From a virus (Duplodnaviria; Caudoviricetes), in IMG/VR virus record IMGVR_UViG_3300045594_000287, positions 42,939 to 106,938 of that record: a stretch of 64,000 bases of DNA. One strand, 5' to 3'. Shown one piece after another: positions 1 to 10,811 of the stretch; within the stretch, counting starts at the first letter, position 1, and each line of letters begins with the position of its first letter. The notes beneath the pieces were generated by a model. It was not told the origin of the DNA, made no database searches, and saw nothing but the letters and a program-made list of their open reading frames with translations. The position numbers and the translations under genes are program-made.

Positions 1-2019
1 GCTGATATCGCACCGATGACCCCAGAATACAAGATGTGGAGAACGATTGCCCAGAAGACTGTGACGGATCCAGACCTCAAAGAGGATATGGATGATATTC
101 GTCAACGTGTTTCTCAACAGGGTAAGAAACATGATTTCTACGAATATAAATCCGTAGGACATGGTTTGGACTACGAGACCGTAACGGTATCCAGCGTTTT
201 GGGATATGGTAAATTTCGTTCGGGATCCAGTATCTATAAAGTCGCCGGAGTAAAAGTTCGCGGCAATGATAACGAGACTATGGACCAAGTGCTTGGGCGG
301 TATCTCCATGTGGGACAAACCGTAACAGTAGCCGTAGATTCAAACCAGGCATATCGGACAAATAGAGATACAGACCATACGATAGACGCTGCTGTGTTTG
401 TCGGTGGAGATAATATCTCTAAACAGATGCTTAAGAACGGTGATGCCACGGTTCGCAAAGGAGACACGTCTTCTGCTGCTATTCTGGCTAACTATGGGCC
501 GATCCAAAGAACAATCGGCTGGGTATCAGAATTGGTTGCTCACACGGATATTCCATGGCTGAGCGATCAGTTCTTGCGGGTCCGCTCCCCTCTCGAATCG
601 TACAGAGCAGAACAAGTATATGGCACTCCATATCAATCATGGGATCACCCAATTGACTCTTATCTAATGCCGGCATGGAATCGTTCCATTCATGGACGTT
701 CCATTATGGGCACTATTGGTACTTATGCATACCAAGCATTACGCGGTGTACCTATGAGTGCCTGGGATAAGAAAGCACTATCTGCTGCTTATCTCTTCGG
801 AAATCGCGGTGCCTTCATGGGCGCAGCGGTAACTAAAATGTTCTTTGCCAATGATGCGGAAAAAGTCATGAAGGGCGCGGATATAGGATCGAATCTGGTA
901 TCACTAGGGCATGTATTGACTGGTGGCAATAGCTACTTGGACGAAATGTCAAGCGCAGCTTCAATCGGAATGTCTGTTGCCAAGTACTTTGAAAAAGACA
1001 GTGGTAAGGGTGCCATTGCCGGAGCTCTCGTTGGAGCTGCGTATCGCACAGCAAAAGGACAAGCCGGCAAAGAATGGATACCAGAAAGAACACAGAAAAA
1101 ATGGGAAATGCAGGATTACTTTGATCGTCTTACCTATATCAAATACACTGCTCTTTATAAGGCTGCAGCTAAAAAGGCTAAGTCTGAAGAAGGCGTAGAC
1201 GTAGACAATCTCGTATCGTCAAGAGATTATAGGGAAGAAAAGCGTCAGAGTGCCCTCGAACGTTTCAAGGGTATAAAAGATGCTCTGCGCGGAACCAAGA
1301 GCAGTTACGAGCACAAGCAGATGATGAAGCTCTTGACAGGAAAAATCAATGCGCTCGACAATGACACTACGATCATTGAAGGTGGAAAATATACCCATTC
1401 CGCTCTTATATACAAGCAAGCAGCTGAAGCTACGATGTATGCTCTGAAGAAAGGGTCTTCATGGTCGCAGATCATCACAGCGTTGCCTACCAACGACAGA
1501 GAGTATTTTACAGAGTTCGTAAAAGAACGAGACCCTGGCAAGCGCTCTGATATATTGAAAACAGCCTCCCCTGCTCTGAAAAAGGCCCTCAACCTGGCCT
1601 GGGGCAAGGATGTCAAGAAAGATGAAGATAACGAGACTTATTTTGCGAAGCATAACCTGCCGCAACTCAACTGGGCTGGTTGGCGCCCGGATACGGATCT
1701 CAAAAACGTAGAAGTGAAAACTATTGCCAATGAAGGTATGAGCTTATCTGATTTTGGTTATTACGAATCGCAGCTTAGGGATCCGGACGTTATAAACGCC
1801 CCGTCTATTGTCAAACCAAAGCACAAGAACTCCCAAATGAATGGGGTGCGACGTAACCTGCAGAAGATCCTTGAAGGTCAAGGGTTAAAGAATGTGAGCG
1901 TCAACGTAACTGACAATGCTTTTGACGGACACCAAATAAAAGCAGATATAGGACTATTTACTGGCAAAAGACAAATTAACGGAATGGTAAAAGACCAGAT
2001 GGACGAGAAAACAAGATAA
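1..2019 (+). CDS. C-terminal part of a large, probably virion-associated protein with a degenerate thermonuclease (SNase)-like OB domain; 5'-truncated
   Basis: The frame is open from base 1. Segment ETVTVSSVLGYGK..YKVAGV..L..G.TVTVAVD..IDAAVFVGGDNISKQMLKNGDA follows the SNase pattern but lacks DGDT and the catalytic Arg. Gly/Ala-rich hydrophobic stretches lie downstream. Confidence 0.55.
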   Translation, partial: ADIAPMTPEYKMWRTIAQKTVTDPDLKEDMDDIRQRVSQQGKKHDFYEYKSVGHGLDYETVTVSSVLGYGKFRSGSSIYKVAGVKVRGNDNETMDQVLGRYLHVGQTVTVAVDSNQAYRTNRDTDHTIDAAVFVGGDNISKQMLKNGDATVRKGDTSSAAILANYGPIQRTIGWVSELVAHTDIPWLSDQFLRVRSPLESYRAEQVYGTPYQSWDHPIDSYLMPAWNRSIHGRSIMGTIGTYAYQALRGVPMSAWDKKALSAAYLFGNRGAFMGAAVTKMFFANDAEKVMKGADIGSNLVSLGHVLTGGNSYLDEMSSAASIGMSVAKYFEKDSGKGAIAGALVGAAYRTAKGQAGKEWIPERTQKKWEMQDYFDRLTYIKYTALYKAAAKKAKSEEGVDVDNLVSSRDYREEKRQSALERFKGIKDALRGTKSSYEHKQMMKLLTGKINALDNDTTIIEGGKYTHSALIYKQAAEATMYALKKGSSWSQIITALPTNDREYFTEFVKERDPGKRSDILKTASPALKKALNLAWGKDVKKDEDNETYFAKHNLPQLNWAGWRPDTDLKNVEVKTIANEGMSLSDFGYYESQLRDPDVINAPSIVKPKHKNSQMNGVRRNLQKILEGQGLKNVSVNVTDNAFDGHQIKADIGLFTGKRQINGMVKDQMDEKTR

Positions 2020-2022
2020 ATG

Positions 2023-2049
2023 AGCAGCTCCAATATGGAGCTGCTTTTT
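2023..2049 (+). terminator. Rho-independent terminator
   Basis: AGCAGCTCCA-ATA-TGGAGCTGCT hairpin followed by a T tract, immediately after the stop at 2019. Confidence 0.85.
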
Positions 2050-2124
2050 GTCCATATACAGATCGCAAAAGGGTAATGAAATAGTTAGTGAATACGTTAA
2101 TGCAGGTAGACTGCTGATATAGAG

Positions 2125-5100
2125 GTGCGAACATTGAGACAGAATTTTATAAATGACGATTCAAAGAAAATCGTTGAAAGCAAAGTAAATGATCATATCG
2201 GGAAAATCACCAGAAACTCCGTCGAAGAGCAGATCCTTGAAAAAAGCGATAAGACAGATAAAAATCTGTATAATAAAAATATTGACCAGTGGAGAGAGAT
2301 TCATGGCGCCGAAATAGCTAATGGACTTCTGAAGTCAACTGACGCGGTTGCGGGAATAAATGTCAGAGCGATAAAAAATACGCTGACAAACGCTCACAGT
2401 TCTCAGATCATAATGAATCCTTCTGAACTTTACGGGGAAACTCGTAAAAGTCGTTACCTCGAAGCAGACGTAAAAGAAGTCTACGAAAAAATGGGAATGG
2501 ATGCCTTCGAGCACGTCCTTGACCTGAATGAAACTGGAAGCAAATACTTTGTAGGAAAAACTGCAACCAGTATTGCATTCCAGCATACTAACCGTGGTGT
2601 AAAACAGAACTATGACAGAATGATGGCCGGAATCAAAAACTCCGAAGAAAAAGGCCTGTTCGTAGACTGGGATACAGAAACCATGAGCGGAACTAATAAA
2701 TTTGGAAAACAAATAGTCGACCAAATGACAGAGTTTACGTTCAAAGTTGCAAATTACGATGACGGATCTATTGTAAAAGGACGTTCCTACGGCTCGATCA
2801 TCGGTGCCACGGAAGCACAATACAATGACTACTTGAAAAAAATTGAACGCTATGAAAATGGTGGATCGCTTTCAAATTTAGATAGAGTTGAACTTAACCG
2901 CTTAGCTTTGATGGGTAAAAGCAAGGTCAAGGAAACCGAAAGCGGCATCCATAATTACTCCTATTTCGCTGGTGCGGAAGAAGTAGCTGAAAACCGTTCA
3001 GAGGATATGCGTGCCGGCCTCGAGCAGTTATTTGGTATAGGTAAAGCTCAGCAAGCAAAAGGCGCCGTAGAAGAATATGGCGGGCAGAAAATGTTTGCCT
3101 GGGAGAAAAAACTATTCCAGGGCTTAGATGAAATCATTCAAAATGATCTCACTGCAGTCGGACACAATACACTCACATTCGATAACGGCGTTATGCTTCA
3201 TCAGTTGCAGCATGGAATGTGGTCTGCAGGCGGCAAGGCATATGCTGACCAAATGCTTAAAGCTACCAATGGATTGCATTTTGAGCATGAGAATGATACT
3301 ATCGCGATGATTCGTCAATCCGTTCCAGATCGTCTTCAGATTTATCGCAATGCCGACGGTACGTTAAACCAAGCAGCAATGCAGTACAACAAAGAACATG
3401 GTCTTACACTATTCCAGCAGGAAGCGATTCAGAATGCAATGAATAGTGACTTCTATGCTTCTATTGGTGCTGCTCATACGTCAGATGTCGACGTACAGGC
3501 AAATGCTATGATGTACGCTTCAAATAAATTGAAGCTCAATACGGAAGAATCGTTCTTCAAAGGAATGCCGGAGTCTGCTCCATCGATCCAGCTGACTGGA
3601 GGAAGTAAGCAGCTACTGTATGCAATGGAAGGCGGCGGCATAGAATATAAGGGACTGCTGGGTTTTGTAACAGATCCATTGACTGGAGATATTCGCACAT
3701 CTGATAAGTATCGGATGAGTAAAGTACCTACGGGCGGAGAAATGGCTTCAGAAGTAAACAAAGACTTCTTTGCCACTGGCAACATTCACAAAGGTGTATC
3801 ATACACCATAAGCAATGCAACAAAAGTGGAGACGTCAGACGAGTTCCGCGACCTTATCGGGAAATATAGGCCGGGGATGGATGTCCGCAGTCTGGTAGCC
3901 GTACAACTTATGCCGGTATCCAATTCAAAAACAATGCGGGCAAAAACACCTTACACTTTGATTGGATCCATGACCGATGTGCAAGACTATATCAATCATA
4001 CTTTTTTGCATACTGGACATGCCGTTGAAGACTCCCAGGGACATAGAACCTGGACTGCCAATGGCATTCCGGAAGAATCGAGACGACTTCTTCAGGTAAG
4101 AGAATTTGCCAACGACGGTGTCCATGCCGGATTTAAGGATTATTCTCTCGAAGACCAGCTTGCTGAAAGCTCCTATCGTCTTACGAATGAATCTGCTGCC
4201 AGAGTAGTCCGTGCGCATGAACTGAAAAAAGACGTTGGCGTATTACGATACGTTCAGGATATGGATAAGTATGCCCGGGAAAACGCTATCGATCCGACTG
4301 ATGAATATCAGATGGAAAATATGCGGCAAAAATTCCGCGACAGCGTATTCAGCCGTTCAAAAAGCATCGAATCCAAAATTCGCAGTGGAAAAGGGTACGA
4401 AGCAGAAGAAATGGTTGGAACGTTCCACGACTATTTCGGGTATATAGATCGTGATACGAAAAATCCAATGGTATGGTCAGATACGGTCATGTCAGCTCTG
4501 GATCGCGAGGGATATGTTCGTAAAAACCAGCAAGTGATTTCCGGCGCTATTAAACATGCCTATGCAAGAGCAGGCGAGTCTGTTACTGATCAAGACATTT
4601 CTCATATGACTGCCCTTCAGAAAAAGAACAAAGAAGCTTCCGCCTACTATAGAATGTACATGGAGTCTGCTACAGATGCAGCTATCCGTAAATTTGGATC
4701 AGGCCGGCCCGTAGGGGAGCATCGGATGGGTATCCATACATACGAACTCAACCAGTTTGAGTTTGACATGAATGGTTACAAAGGGAATTTCAATCCAGAC
4801 AATGATATATTTAGTGTCCATCTCGGTGAAAATGGCAATACGATGGTCAATCGTTTGCTGCGTCATCAAGGCTTGCGCACAGACATATCTGATGAAGCAA
4901 AGATTGCCGAGCTGCGTAGATTTCAAAAATTTATTGGTGGATCCGAAACTCTCAGTGAGCTGAATTCAACCAGAAGAGAACTTCTGGAAAAAAACAACTT
5001 AATCAACATTGGTGAAGATACAATAGACTCTGCTGCAACGAAGATTATAACCCCGCTGCAGAACTCTCGTCAGTACCAGCCGGCAGGCGGTCGTATTACT

Positions 5101-8100
5101 CCTACGCTGAAATACGAGCTTGCCGCTTCCATGGAGAACATGGGACTTGATAACCCTGAGGAGGTGTTGTCAAAAGCAGATAAAACGATCCCCAAGATTT
5201 CTATATATAGTTCTAAAACTGGCGCAGACAGCTATGCACACGATATCGTTAACAGCGTATTGTTCAACGATCTTGATGGGAAAACACTCGATGAAGTAAG
5301 AGACGACCTCCAGGAGTATGGATATACTCGTGAGCAGGCAGAAAAAATCATCGCTATGAGAGAGCAGCGCAAGGCTGATGCGCAGCCGTTCATGAAACGA
5401 CTGATCGAAAGTGTTCAAAAAAATGGAGGCTCAATCGGATATAACGCAGAAGATCGTGAGGTGTTCGTAAGCCATAAAGGGAAGACAACAAAATTAAATA
5501 ATCTTCCCATGGATGAATACTCCAATGGAATGTTCTATACCAGGGTGAATAATTCAAAAGTCCATGCATCGTCAGGATTCTACGCTACTGGAAAGTATAA
5601 AGATGGAAAAGGAACTTTGAAGTTCGGTTCATCGTTATTGAAAGCTGGAGACAGCGTAGGCTGGATGGATACAGCTATCGCCAGAGGTGCTGAAAACGGA
5701 GACCTTGGAGATGAGGTAAACAGCGTCCTTAGTGGGTATGCGAAGGTTATTCGTGAAAATTCTTCTATCATGGAAGAAGATCTTCAGGACATGCGTGGGC
5801 AGTTTGACATTAACTATCGCGAAGTAGCCCCGTTTATCGAAGATAACTGGGATCAGATATCCCAAAATATGGTATTTGATGATTCGCCTCAGGGGCAGAT
5901 AAACCAGATTCTAAGAGATGCTGCGATGGACGGTAAACTTAGTGGTGACCGGCTTAACTTTGAGTTGAATTCTGCCATCATCCAGAATGCAGACAACATC
6001 TTGCCAGTAATGGCACAAAAATATGGTGGAAGCTATGCACAGACCATTATGTCTGGTTTTTCTCTCAATATGAAACATGCTGGAGAACTTAAGGCCAGCG
6101 CAACAGAAATAACGAATTTTGGCGACGACTTAGATAGTGGTAAGCGTGACGTAGCAAGCTTCACAGGACGTGCTTACAAATTCCGCGCGGATGGAAAAGT
6201 TGATGGTGTTCGTATAGGACAATCTGTAACATCTGAGATAGCAGGTAATTATGCAGAAGACGCCGGCGAAGGAATCTCATACGGTGTAGATACAACACTT
6301 CGTACTGGCCGTGTACGAATGACAACCAGCGGGCTGCGTAATCTCGTAAATAGTGCAGACATCGACAATGACTATGTACGAGACGTGTTGACTGGAATAC
6401 ATTTGGACGAAGGATCTGCTGCTGCCGATCCTAGACTTATAGATCAGTATTTCACTAGACGTAAGTCTATGCAGAGAATCGCAATGCATCGAATCTTTGA
6501 CATGGACAAAGATACAATCGATAACCTTAGCACGAAGCAGCATACTGCTCCAATTCTAAACATTGACCCTAAAACGGGTAATATCAGTTTCACGTATTCG
6601 AACGGCCTATTCGTAGAAAGCACAGACTTGTCGGGAGAAAGCCCGATTAGCGTCAAAGGATTCCAGGGTGCAAAAGAAGAAGTTGCAATCAAAGAAGCTG
6701 GTTTGTTCAACGTTGGCTTCTTCTCGAAGAAGGGTAATCTTTTTGCTGACCAGCAGAGCGTAACAGATCTTTTAAATAGCAAGAAATACCATGGCCGCAT
6801 CGTGAATGCAGAAGATTCGCGTCTAGAGGCTCTTAACGTCCTGAATGAAGTATACAACGCTTCGTTCTACAATCTGTCACTGGATGCCAACGGAAATACA
6901 AAACTCGGAGAACAAGCAGAAAAAGGCATGTATAATGCCCTATTTGCTACGCCTGGAGCAATAGATAAACGTGTAGGAAGCACATTAGACCGACTAGGCC
7001 TTAGCAGCATGAAGGATCTTGTGCCGAGGTTGGATTTCATCGAATCCCTAAACGCGAAAGATATATCAAAAACTCCATTGGGAGCAATGATCAGTGCAAA
7101 AGCTGGACGTAACGTATCTCATGATGAGATTCTAAAAGTAATCGGCAGTGAATTTAACAGTGCGAAAAGCATGTACGATGCAATGATGGAAGAGCGCTAT
7201 AAGCCATGGGATACGCTCGAAAGTATTGCTCGTAATGCTAATGTTATAAAAAATGGAGAAACGGTCCATGCTTTCAGCAACACGATTGCTGCAGAGAATA
7301 AGCATTTAAACGCACGATCCGTCTTGAGAGTTACAGATAACCTCCTCGAAAAATATAATGGGGATGCCCAAAAAGTCGCATCATTGCTGCAAGAAGCAAT
7401 GCCAGGGATTCACGTTGGTGGCAGCGGGCGGCTGTATCACAGTGGAGATATTGATATTGATGCTGTGATGGAAATAGCGAATAAGGAACTTGACGGCAAC
7501 GTAAGAACCTTCTACACAAATGGAAACAAAACCATTTCAGCAGAACAATTCAGCATGCTTCCTGAAGGCGAAAAAGGAAAATGGAAAAAGAACGAATCCA
7601 GTTATGCATACACTGAATTAATGCAGCTCCCAGACCAGGACCGTGAGCGCTTAAGTGACGAGAATGGAGTTGGCAAGACCCTAAAGATGGATCATCGTAC
7701 CAAGGCAATGCTTGATACCCAGGTCTACAGCAAAGAAGGTCTTAAGAATGTTCGTAATGGCTTTGTTGATTCAATGGGCAAAGAAGCTGGCGAAGCTCAG
7801 TATCGTAAGTATTTTATGGATGCCCAAAACGGAAAACTTGTGGCTGAAGGACTTAGCGACAAGATAAACGATTCAAGGTATTATGATCCAGGAGATAAAC
7901 GCGTTGCTATCGATGGAGGACAAGATTTAACTAAAAAAGACAAAGAAGAAATAAGCAAGGCAAAGGAAGAGCTTAGAAAATCTGGAATAAACAAAAAGAT
8001 TGCTGACCAGATAATCGAAGAAGCTCGAACCGCCGGAGTTAAAGACGTTGGCGTAGGGGCTATTAAGAAGCAATACTCTTACAATATGTATAGCGTTGCA

Positions 8101-10776
8101 GATGACTTCAACAGAAAAGGCGGACTAACTAAAGATGACATGATCAAAAAATGGGGGTACAAAGAACCTATTTCCTTGACCAGCTTAATCACCGGCGCAA
8201 GCGATACTGTCGGACTCGAAAAATCTATGTATGGATCGAATACGCTTATAGATTTACATATACCTGAACTGGGTGACCATCAGATATATGATGATGAAGC
8301 CCATCGTTATATGGCATTGCCTTGGGCTGATCCTAAAACAATGGGATCTTCAGATGAACTTGCTAGAACAGCATATCAGAAAAAAATTGCGGGCATGCAA
8401 AATGTTGTAAATCGAATGCGTCGAACAGCAGATGAAAACAATGGCCAAATCACAGATAAGGAAAAAATTGAAATCCAAGCAGATCTAAAAAATCGAGTAA
8501 CCCAAACACATGAAGCGATTGCCGCTCAACTTGTACAGAAGAAAGGCTTAATGGCTCAAGCTTCAGAAGCTCACTTCGGAGATGCTGGTTTCAACAAAGC
8601 TTATGGTATACAGCTCGAAGGCAACGAAAAAGGATTCTGGGGAAACATAAACTTTGATGGGCTAAATATCTCAAAAGAAGCTGGGAAGGGAGAAGCCGGA
8701 TTAGAGATTGATTACCAAGTGGCTGGAATGAAAGCGAGGAATCGTTTCTATAACGATAAATACTTCAAGTCATTAGGCCTGGATGAAGAAACGACAAAAG
8801 CTATCCAGGAAAATACATTTGATCGCTTGAACAACGGCGGAACATTATCATTGAATATCCGTAACCCACAGGGTTACGATAAATCGACCAGCGCCGCAGC
8901 AATGTATTTTGACAAATCAATAAAAGGTAACACACTTGCTACATCTGCAGTGATGTGGGAATCCAAAAAAGGCGATTATGACTCAGATGAAGCTGACTTC
9001 AAAATCCTTAAAGGCCGTGCCACTATCGTTGGGAATAATGGCAAGCAAACGGTAACTGATATTGACTATGCTACTTATCAGACGCTGCAGCAGGCCAAAG
9101 AAAAAGGCATAATCAAAGATATATCGATGTCCGAAGAAGGACTTAAACTCTTCGCAGACACTAAGAAATCAATCATGTATAACGCCGCAGACCGGAATAA
9201 AGCTTCAAGGTCTGAACTCGGGAATACTGAATTGGGGCAGGGAGAGTACAACTACAGTAAGTTATACAATGAGTCTCTTGAAGGCAATGGCAACGTTGAT
9301 AAGGTTGGCCACCATCATTTAACAACGGGGCTTAGAGAGCTTGCTCCTGAACGAAAAATGCAGCTGGCAAATATCTATAAAGATACTGAGCAAGCAGTCA
9401 TTAATAAGGTTGGCCAGGAAGCATACGACAAACTGGATAACGCATCTAAGCGATCTGAATACTTCAATTATGTCTCTGAAAATATGACTGGAGAAGCTTC
9501 AAACGAAGCGCGTAAAGCTGCAAGCTTTAATTTCAGAGTAGAGCGAAGCGCTCAGGATGCCGAAGCACGAGCGCGTAAAGTTGCTGCCGGCGAAATGAAT
9601 GACGCAGTGTTCAAGTATTTCCGGGTAGCTGAGCAGGCTAAATTCTCTGACGGGTCAAAAGTCTATAGCGGTGAAGATCTGAAGGCAATGGCTCAGGTTC
9701 ATACTGCATTGAACGAGGCGTTCTTATCTCCTAAGAACGAAAAAGGTGTTGGCAACATCTCAATTGCTTCACAGTTGAGAGATGCTTTCCAGGACGTGTA
9801 TCATGCAGCCAGGAGCAATAGCTTAAATACAGAAGCCAGAGAGAAAGCAAGAAACAAACTCATTGACATCATTGACCCGATCATTCAAGGCAGGCGCGGG
9901 AAAGAAGTTGCAAAGATCCCGGGGATGGAACTTGATGCTGAGGGCAAGGCTACTGAGGCTGGAGCAAGGCATGCAGCAGAAATATTCGCATCCGTAGCCG
10001 ACAGAGTAAGTTTAGCCGGGGTAAATATGAACACCTTGAATATGGGTGTTACTAGCGGGGCTACCTCAGACGGAATCATGCACGCCGCATACCAACGTGC
10101 CAGTGACAATATGATCATGGATATGGCTGAACATCAGGCAAACATCCAGAGAAAGATAAATGGTAATGGATACAGCTCAATAGAGGAATCTACTGGCATT
10201 CACGCCTTCAGAGGATACGAAAAAGAAAATGCCGAACTCATGAGAGAAAATGCAGCTGAGGCAGCACGCAAATTAAAAGACTATGAAAATGGGAAGGCTC
10301 CAAACTTATCCGATGCCGTACCTGTCAGTAGAGGATTGGGGAAAGAAATCGGAGAAGCCTTATCACACATGAAGATTACTGGTAAAGGCTTTGCAAAAGG
10401 CATGCTGGGAATTGCAGGTTCTCTTCTTGTTTCTGGGTATGCCAACAATCCGAGTGCCCCAGCAAGCAGCCAGCCTGCTCCGGCTGAGACTCAAGCTCAA
10501 GGAGCAACCGACTCAGCCAATGGGATGTCTGAAACTCAAGTGCCAAATCTATCTGACGGAAATGTGAATGTATTGAGGGGCGGTCCGAAGTCAGGATACG
10601 TAATCAATATCAATGCCACATCGCCAAGAGGACAATCAGCAGCACAAAACGCCATTAGCCAAGCGATTGGAGGAGCTGTTCCAATGAACTCTTCTATAAA
10701 TGTTGCCACCAATACATCGTACAAAGATAAAATAGACCAATTCCAAATTGGCAAAATCATAGAAGGAATGTTTTAA
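2125..10776 (+). CDS. Giant (~2880 aa) protein: N-terminal DEDDh 3'-5' exonuclease plus putative single-chain two-barrel (beta/beta'-like) RNA polymerase; likely virion-packaged
   Basis: Exonuclease motifs: WDTET, GHNTLTFD, AHTSDVD. RNAP-like motifs in order: HLDEGS (~6400), TKLGEQAEKG (~6900), IRNP (~8860), GDYDSD (8971-8988). There is a hydrophobic helix near the C-terminus. The true start is probably TTG 2134, after the GAGGTG SD. Confidence 0.7.
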   Translation: MRTLRQNFINDDSKKIVESKVNDHIGKITRNSVEEQILEKSDKTDKNLYNKNIDQWREIHGAEIANGLLKSTDAVAGINVRAIKNTLTNAHSSQIIMNPSELYGETRKSRYLEADVKEVYEKMGMDAFEHVLDLNETGSKYFVGKTATSIAFQHTNRGVKQNYDRMMAGIKNSEEKGLFVDWDTETMSGTNKFGKQIVDQMTEFTFKVANYDDGSIVKGRSYGSIIGATEAQYNDYLKKIERYENGGSLSNLDRVELNRLALMGKSKVKETESGIHNYSYFAGAEEVAENRSEDMRAGLEQLFGIGKAQQAKGAVEEYGGQKMFAWEKKLFQGLDEIIQNDLTAVGHNTLTFDNGVMLHQLQHGMWSAGGKAYADQMLKATNGLHFEHENDTIAMIRQSVPDRLQIYRNADGTLNQAAMQYNKEHGLTLFQQEAIQNAMNSDFYASIGAAHTSDVDVQANAMMYASNKLKLNTEESFFKGMPESAPSIQLTGGSKQLLYAMEGGGIEYKGLLGFVTDPLTGDIRTSDKYRMSKVPTGGEMASEVNKDFFATGNIHKGVSYTISNATKVETSDEFRDLIGKYRPGMDVRSLVAVQLMPVSNSKTMRAKTPYTLIGSMTDVQDYINHTFLHTGHAVEDSQGHRTWTANGIPEESRRLLQVREFANDGVHAGFKDYSLEDQLAESSYRLTNESAARVVRAHELKKDVGVLRYVQDMDKYARENAIDPTDEYQMENMRQKFRDSVFSRSKSIESKIRSGKGYEAEEMVGTFHDYFGYIDRDTKNPMVWSDTVMSALDREGYVRKNQQVISGAIKHAYARAGESVTDQDISHMTALQKKNKEASAYYRMYMESATDAAIRKFGSGRPVGEHRMGIHTYELNQFEFDMNGYKGNFNPDNDIFSVHLGENGNTMVNRLLRHQGLRTDISDEAKIAELRRFQKFIGGSETLSELNSTRRELLEKNNLINIGEDTIDSAATKIITPLQNSRQYQPAGGRITPTLKYELAASMENMGLDNPEEVLSKADKTIPKISIYSSKTGADSYAHDIVNSVLFNDLDGKTLDEVRDDLQEYGYTREQAEKIIAMREQRKADAQPFMKRLIESVQKNGGSIGYNAEDREVFVSHKGKTTKLNNLPMDEYSNGMFYTRVNNSKVHASSGFYATGKYKDGKGTLKFGSSLLKAGDSVGWMDTAIARGAENGDLGDEVNSVLSGYAKVIRENSSIMEEDLQDMRGQFDINYREVAPFIEDNWDQISQNMVFDDSPQGQINQILRDAAMDGKLSGDRLNFELNSAIIQNADNILPVMAQKYGGSYAQTIMSGFSLNMKHAGELKASATEITNFGDDLDSGKRDVASFTGRAYKFRADGKVDGVRIGQSVTSEIAGNYAEDAGEGISYGVDTTLRTGRVRMTTSGLRNLVNSADIDNDYVRDVLTGIHLDEGSAAADPRLIDQYFTRRKSMQRIAMHRIFDMDKDTIDNLSTKQHTAPILNIDPKTGNISFTYSNGLFVESTDLSGESPISVKGFQGAKEEVAIKEAGLFNVGFFSKKGNLFADQQSVTDLLNSKKYHGRIVNAEDSRLEALNVLNEVYNASFYNLSLDANGNTKLGEQAEKGMYNALFATPGAIDKRVGSTLDRLGLSSMKDLVPRLDFIESLNAKDISKTPLGAMISAKAGRNVSHDEILKVIGSEFNSAKSMYDAMMEERYKPWDTLESIARNANVIKNGETVHAFSNTIAAENKHLNARSVLRVTDNLLEKYNGDAQKVASLLQEAMPGIHVGGSGRLYHSGDIDIDAVMEIANKELDGNVRTFYTNGNKTISAEQFSMLPEGEKGKWKKNESSYAYTELMQLPDQDRERLSDENGVGKTLKMDHRTKAMLDTQVYSKEGLKNVRNGFVDSMGKEAGEAQYRKYFMDAQNGKLVAEGLSDKINDSRYYDPGDKRVAIDGGQDLTKKDKEEISKAKEELRKSGINKKIADQIIEEARTAGVKDVGVGAIKKQYSYNMYSVADDFNRKGGLTKDDMIKKWGYKEPISLTSLITGASDTVGLEKSMYGSNTLIDLHIPELGDHQIYDDEAHRYMALPWADPKTMGSSDELARTAYQKKIAGMQNVVNRMRRTADENNGQITDKEKIEIQADLKNRVTQTHEAIAAQLVQKKGLMAQASEAHFGDAGFNKAYGIQLEGNEKGFWGNINFDGLNISKEAGKGEAGLEIDYQVAGMKARNRFYNDKYFKSLGLDEETTKAIQENTFDRLNNGGTLSLNIRNPQGYDKSTSAAAMYFDKSIKGNTLATSAVMWESKKGDYDSDEADFKILKGRATIVGNNGKQTVTDIDYATYQTLQQAKEKGIIKDISMSEEGLKLFADTKKSIMYNAADRNKASRSELGNTELGQGEYNYSKLYNESLEGNGNVDKVGHHHLTTGLRELAPERKMQLANIYKDTEQAVINKVGQEAYDKLDNASKRSEYFNYVSENMTGEASNEARKAASFNFRVERSAQDAEARARKVAAGEMNDAVFKYFRVAEQAKFSDGSKVYSGEDLKAMAQVHTALNEAFLSPKNEKGVGNISIASQLRDAFQDVYHAARSNSLNTEAREKARNKLIDIIDPIIQGRRGKEVAKIPGMELDAEGKATEAGARHAAEIFASVADRVSLAGVNMNTLNMGVTSGATSDGIMHAAYQRASDNMIMDMAEHQANIQRKINGNGYSSIEESTGIHAFRGYEKENAELMRENAAEAARKLKDYENGKAPNLSDAVPVSRGLGKEIGEALSHMKITGKGFAKGMLGIAGSLLVSGYANNPSAPASSQPAPAETQAQGATDSANGMSETQVPNLSDGNVNVLRGGPKSGYVININATSPRGQSAAQNAISQAIGGAVPMNSSINVATNTSYKDKIDQFQIGKIIEGMF

Positions 10777-10779
10777 CTT

Positions 10780-10806
10780 AGCCGCCTACGGGCGGCTTTT
10801 TATTTT
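10780..10806 (+). terminator. Rho-independent terminator
   Basis: AGCCGCC-TACG-GGCGGCT (UNCG tetraloop) plus T tract. Confidence 0.9.
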
Positions 10807-10811
10807 CCTCA

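Noticed and set aside
2125-10776. Calling the giant protein simply a tape-measure protein
   Set aside because: It lacks long periodic helical repeats and carries ordered enzyme motifs; a dual role cannot be excluded.
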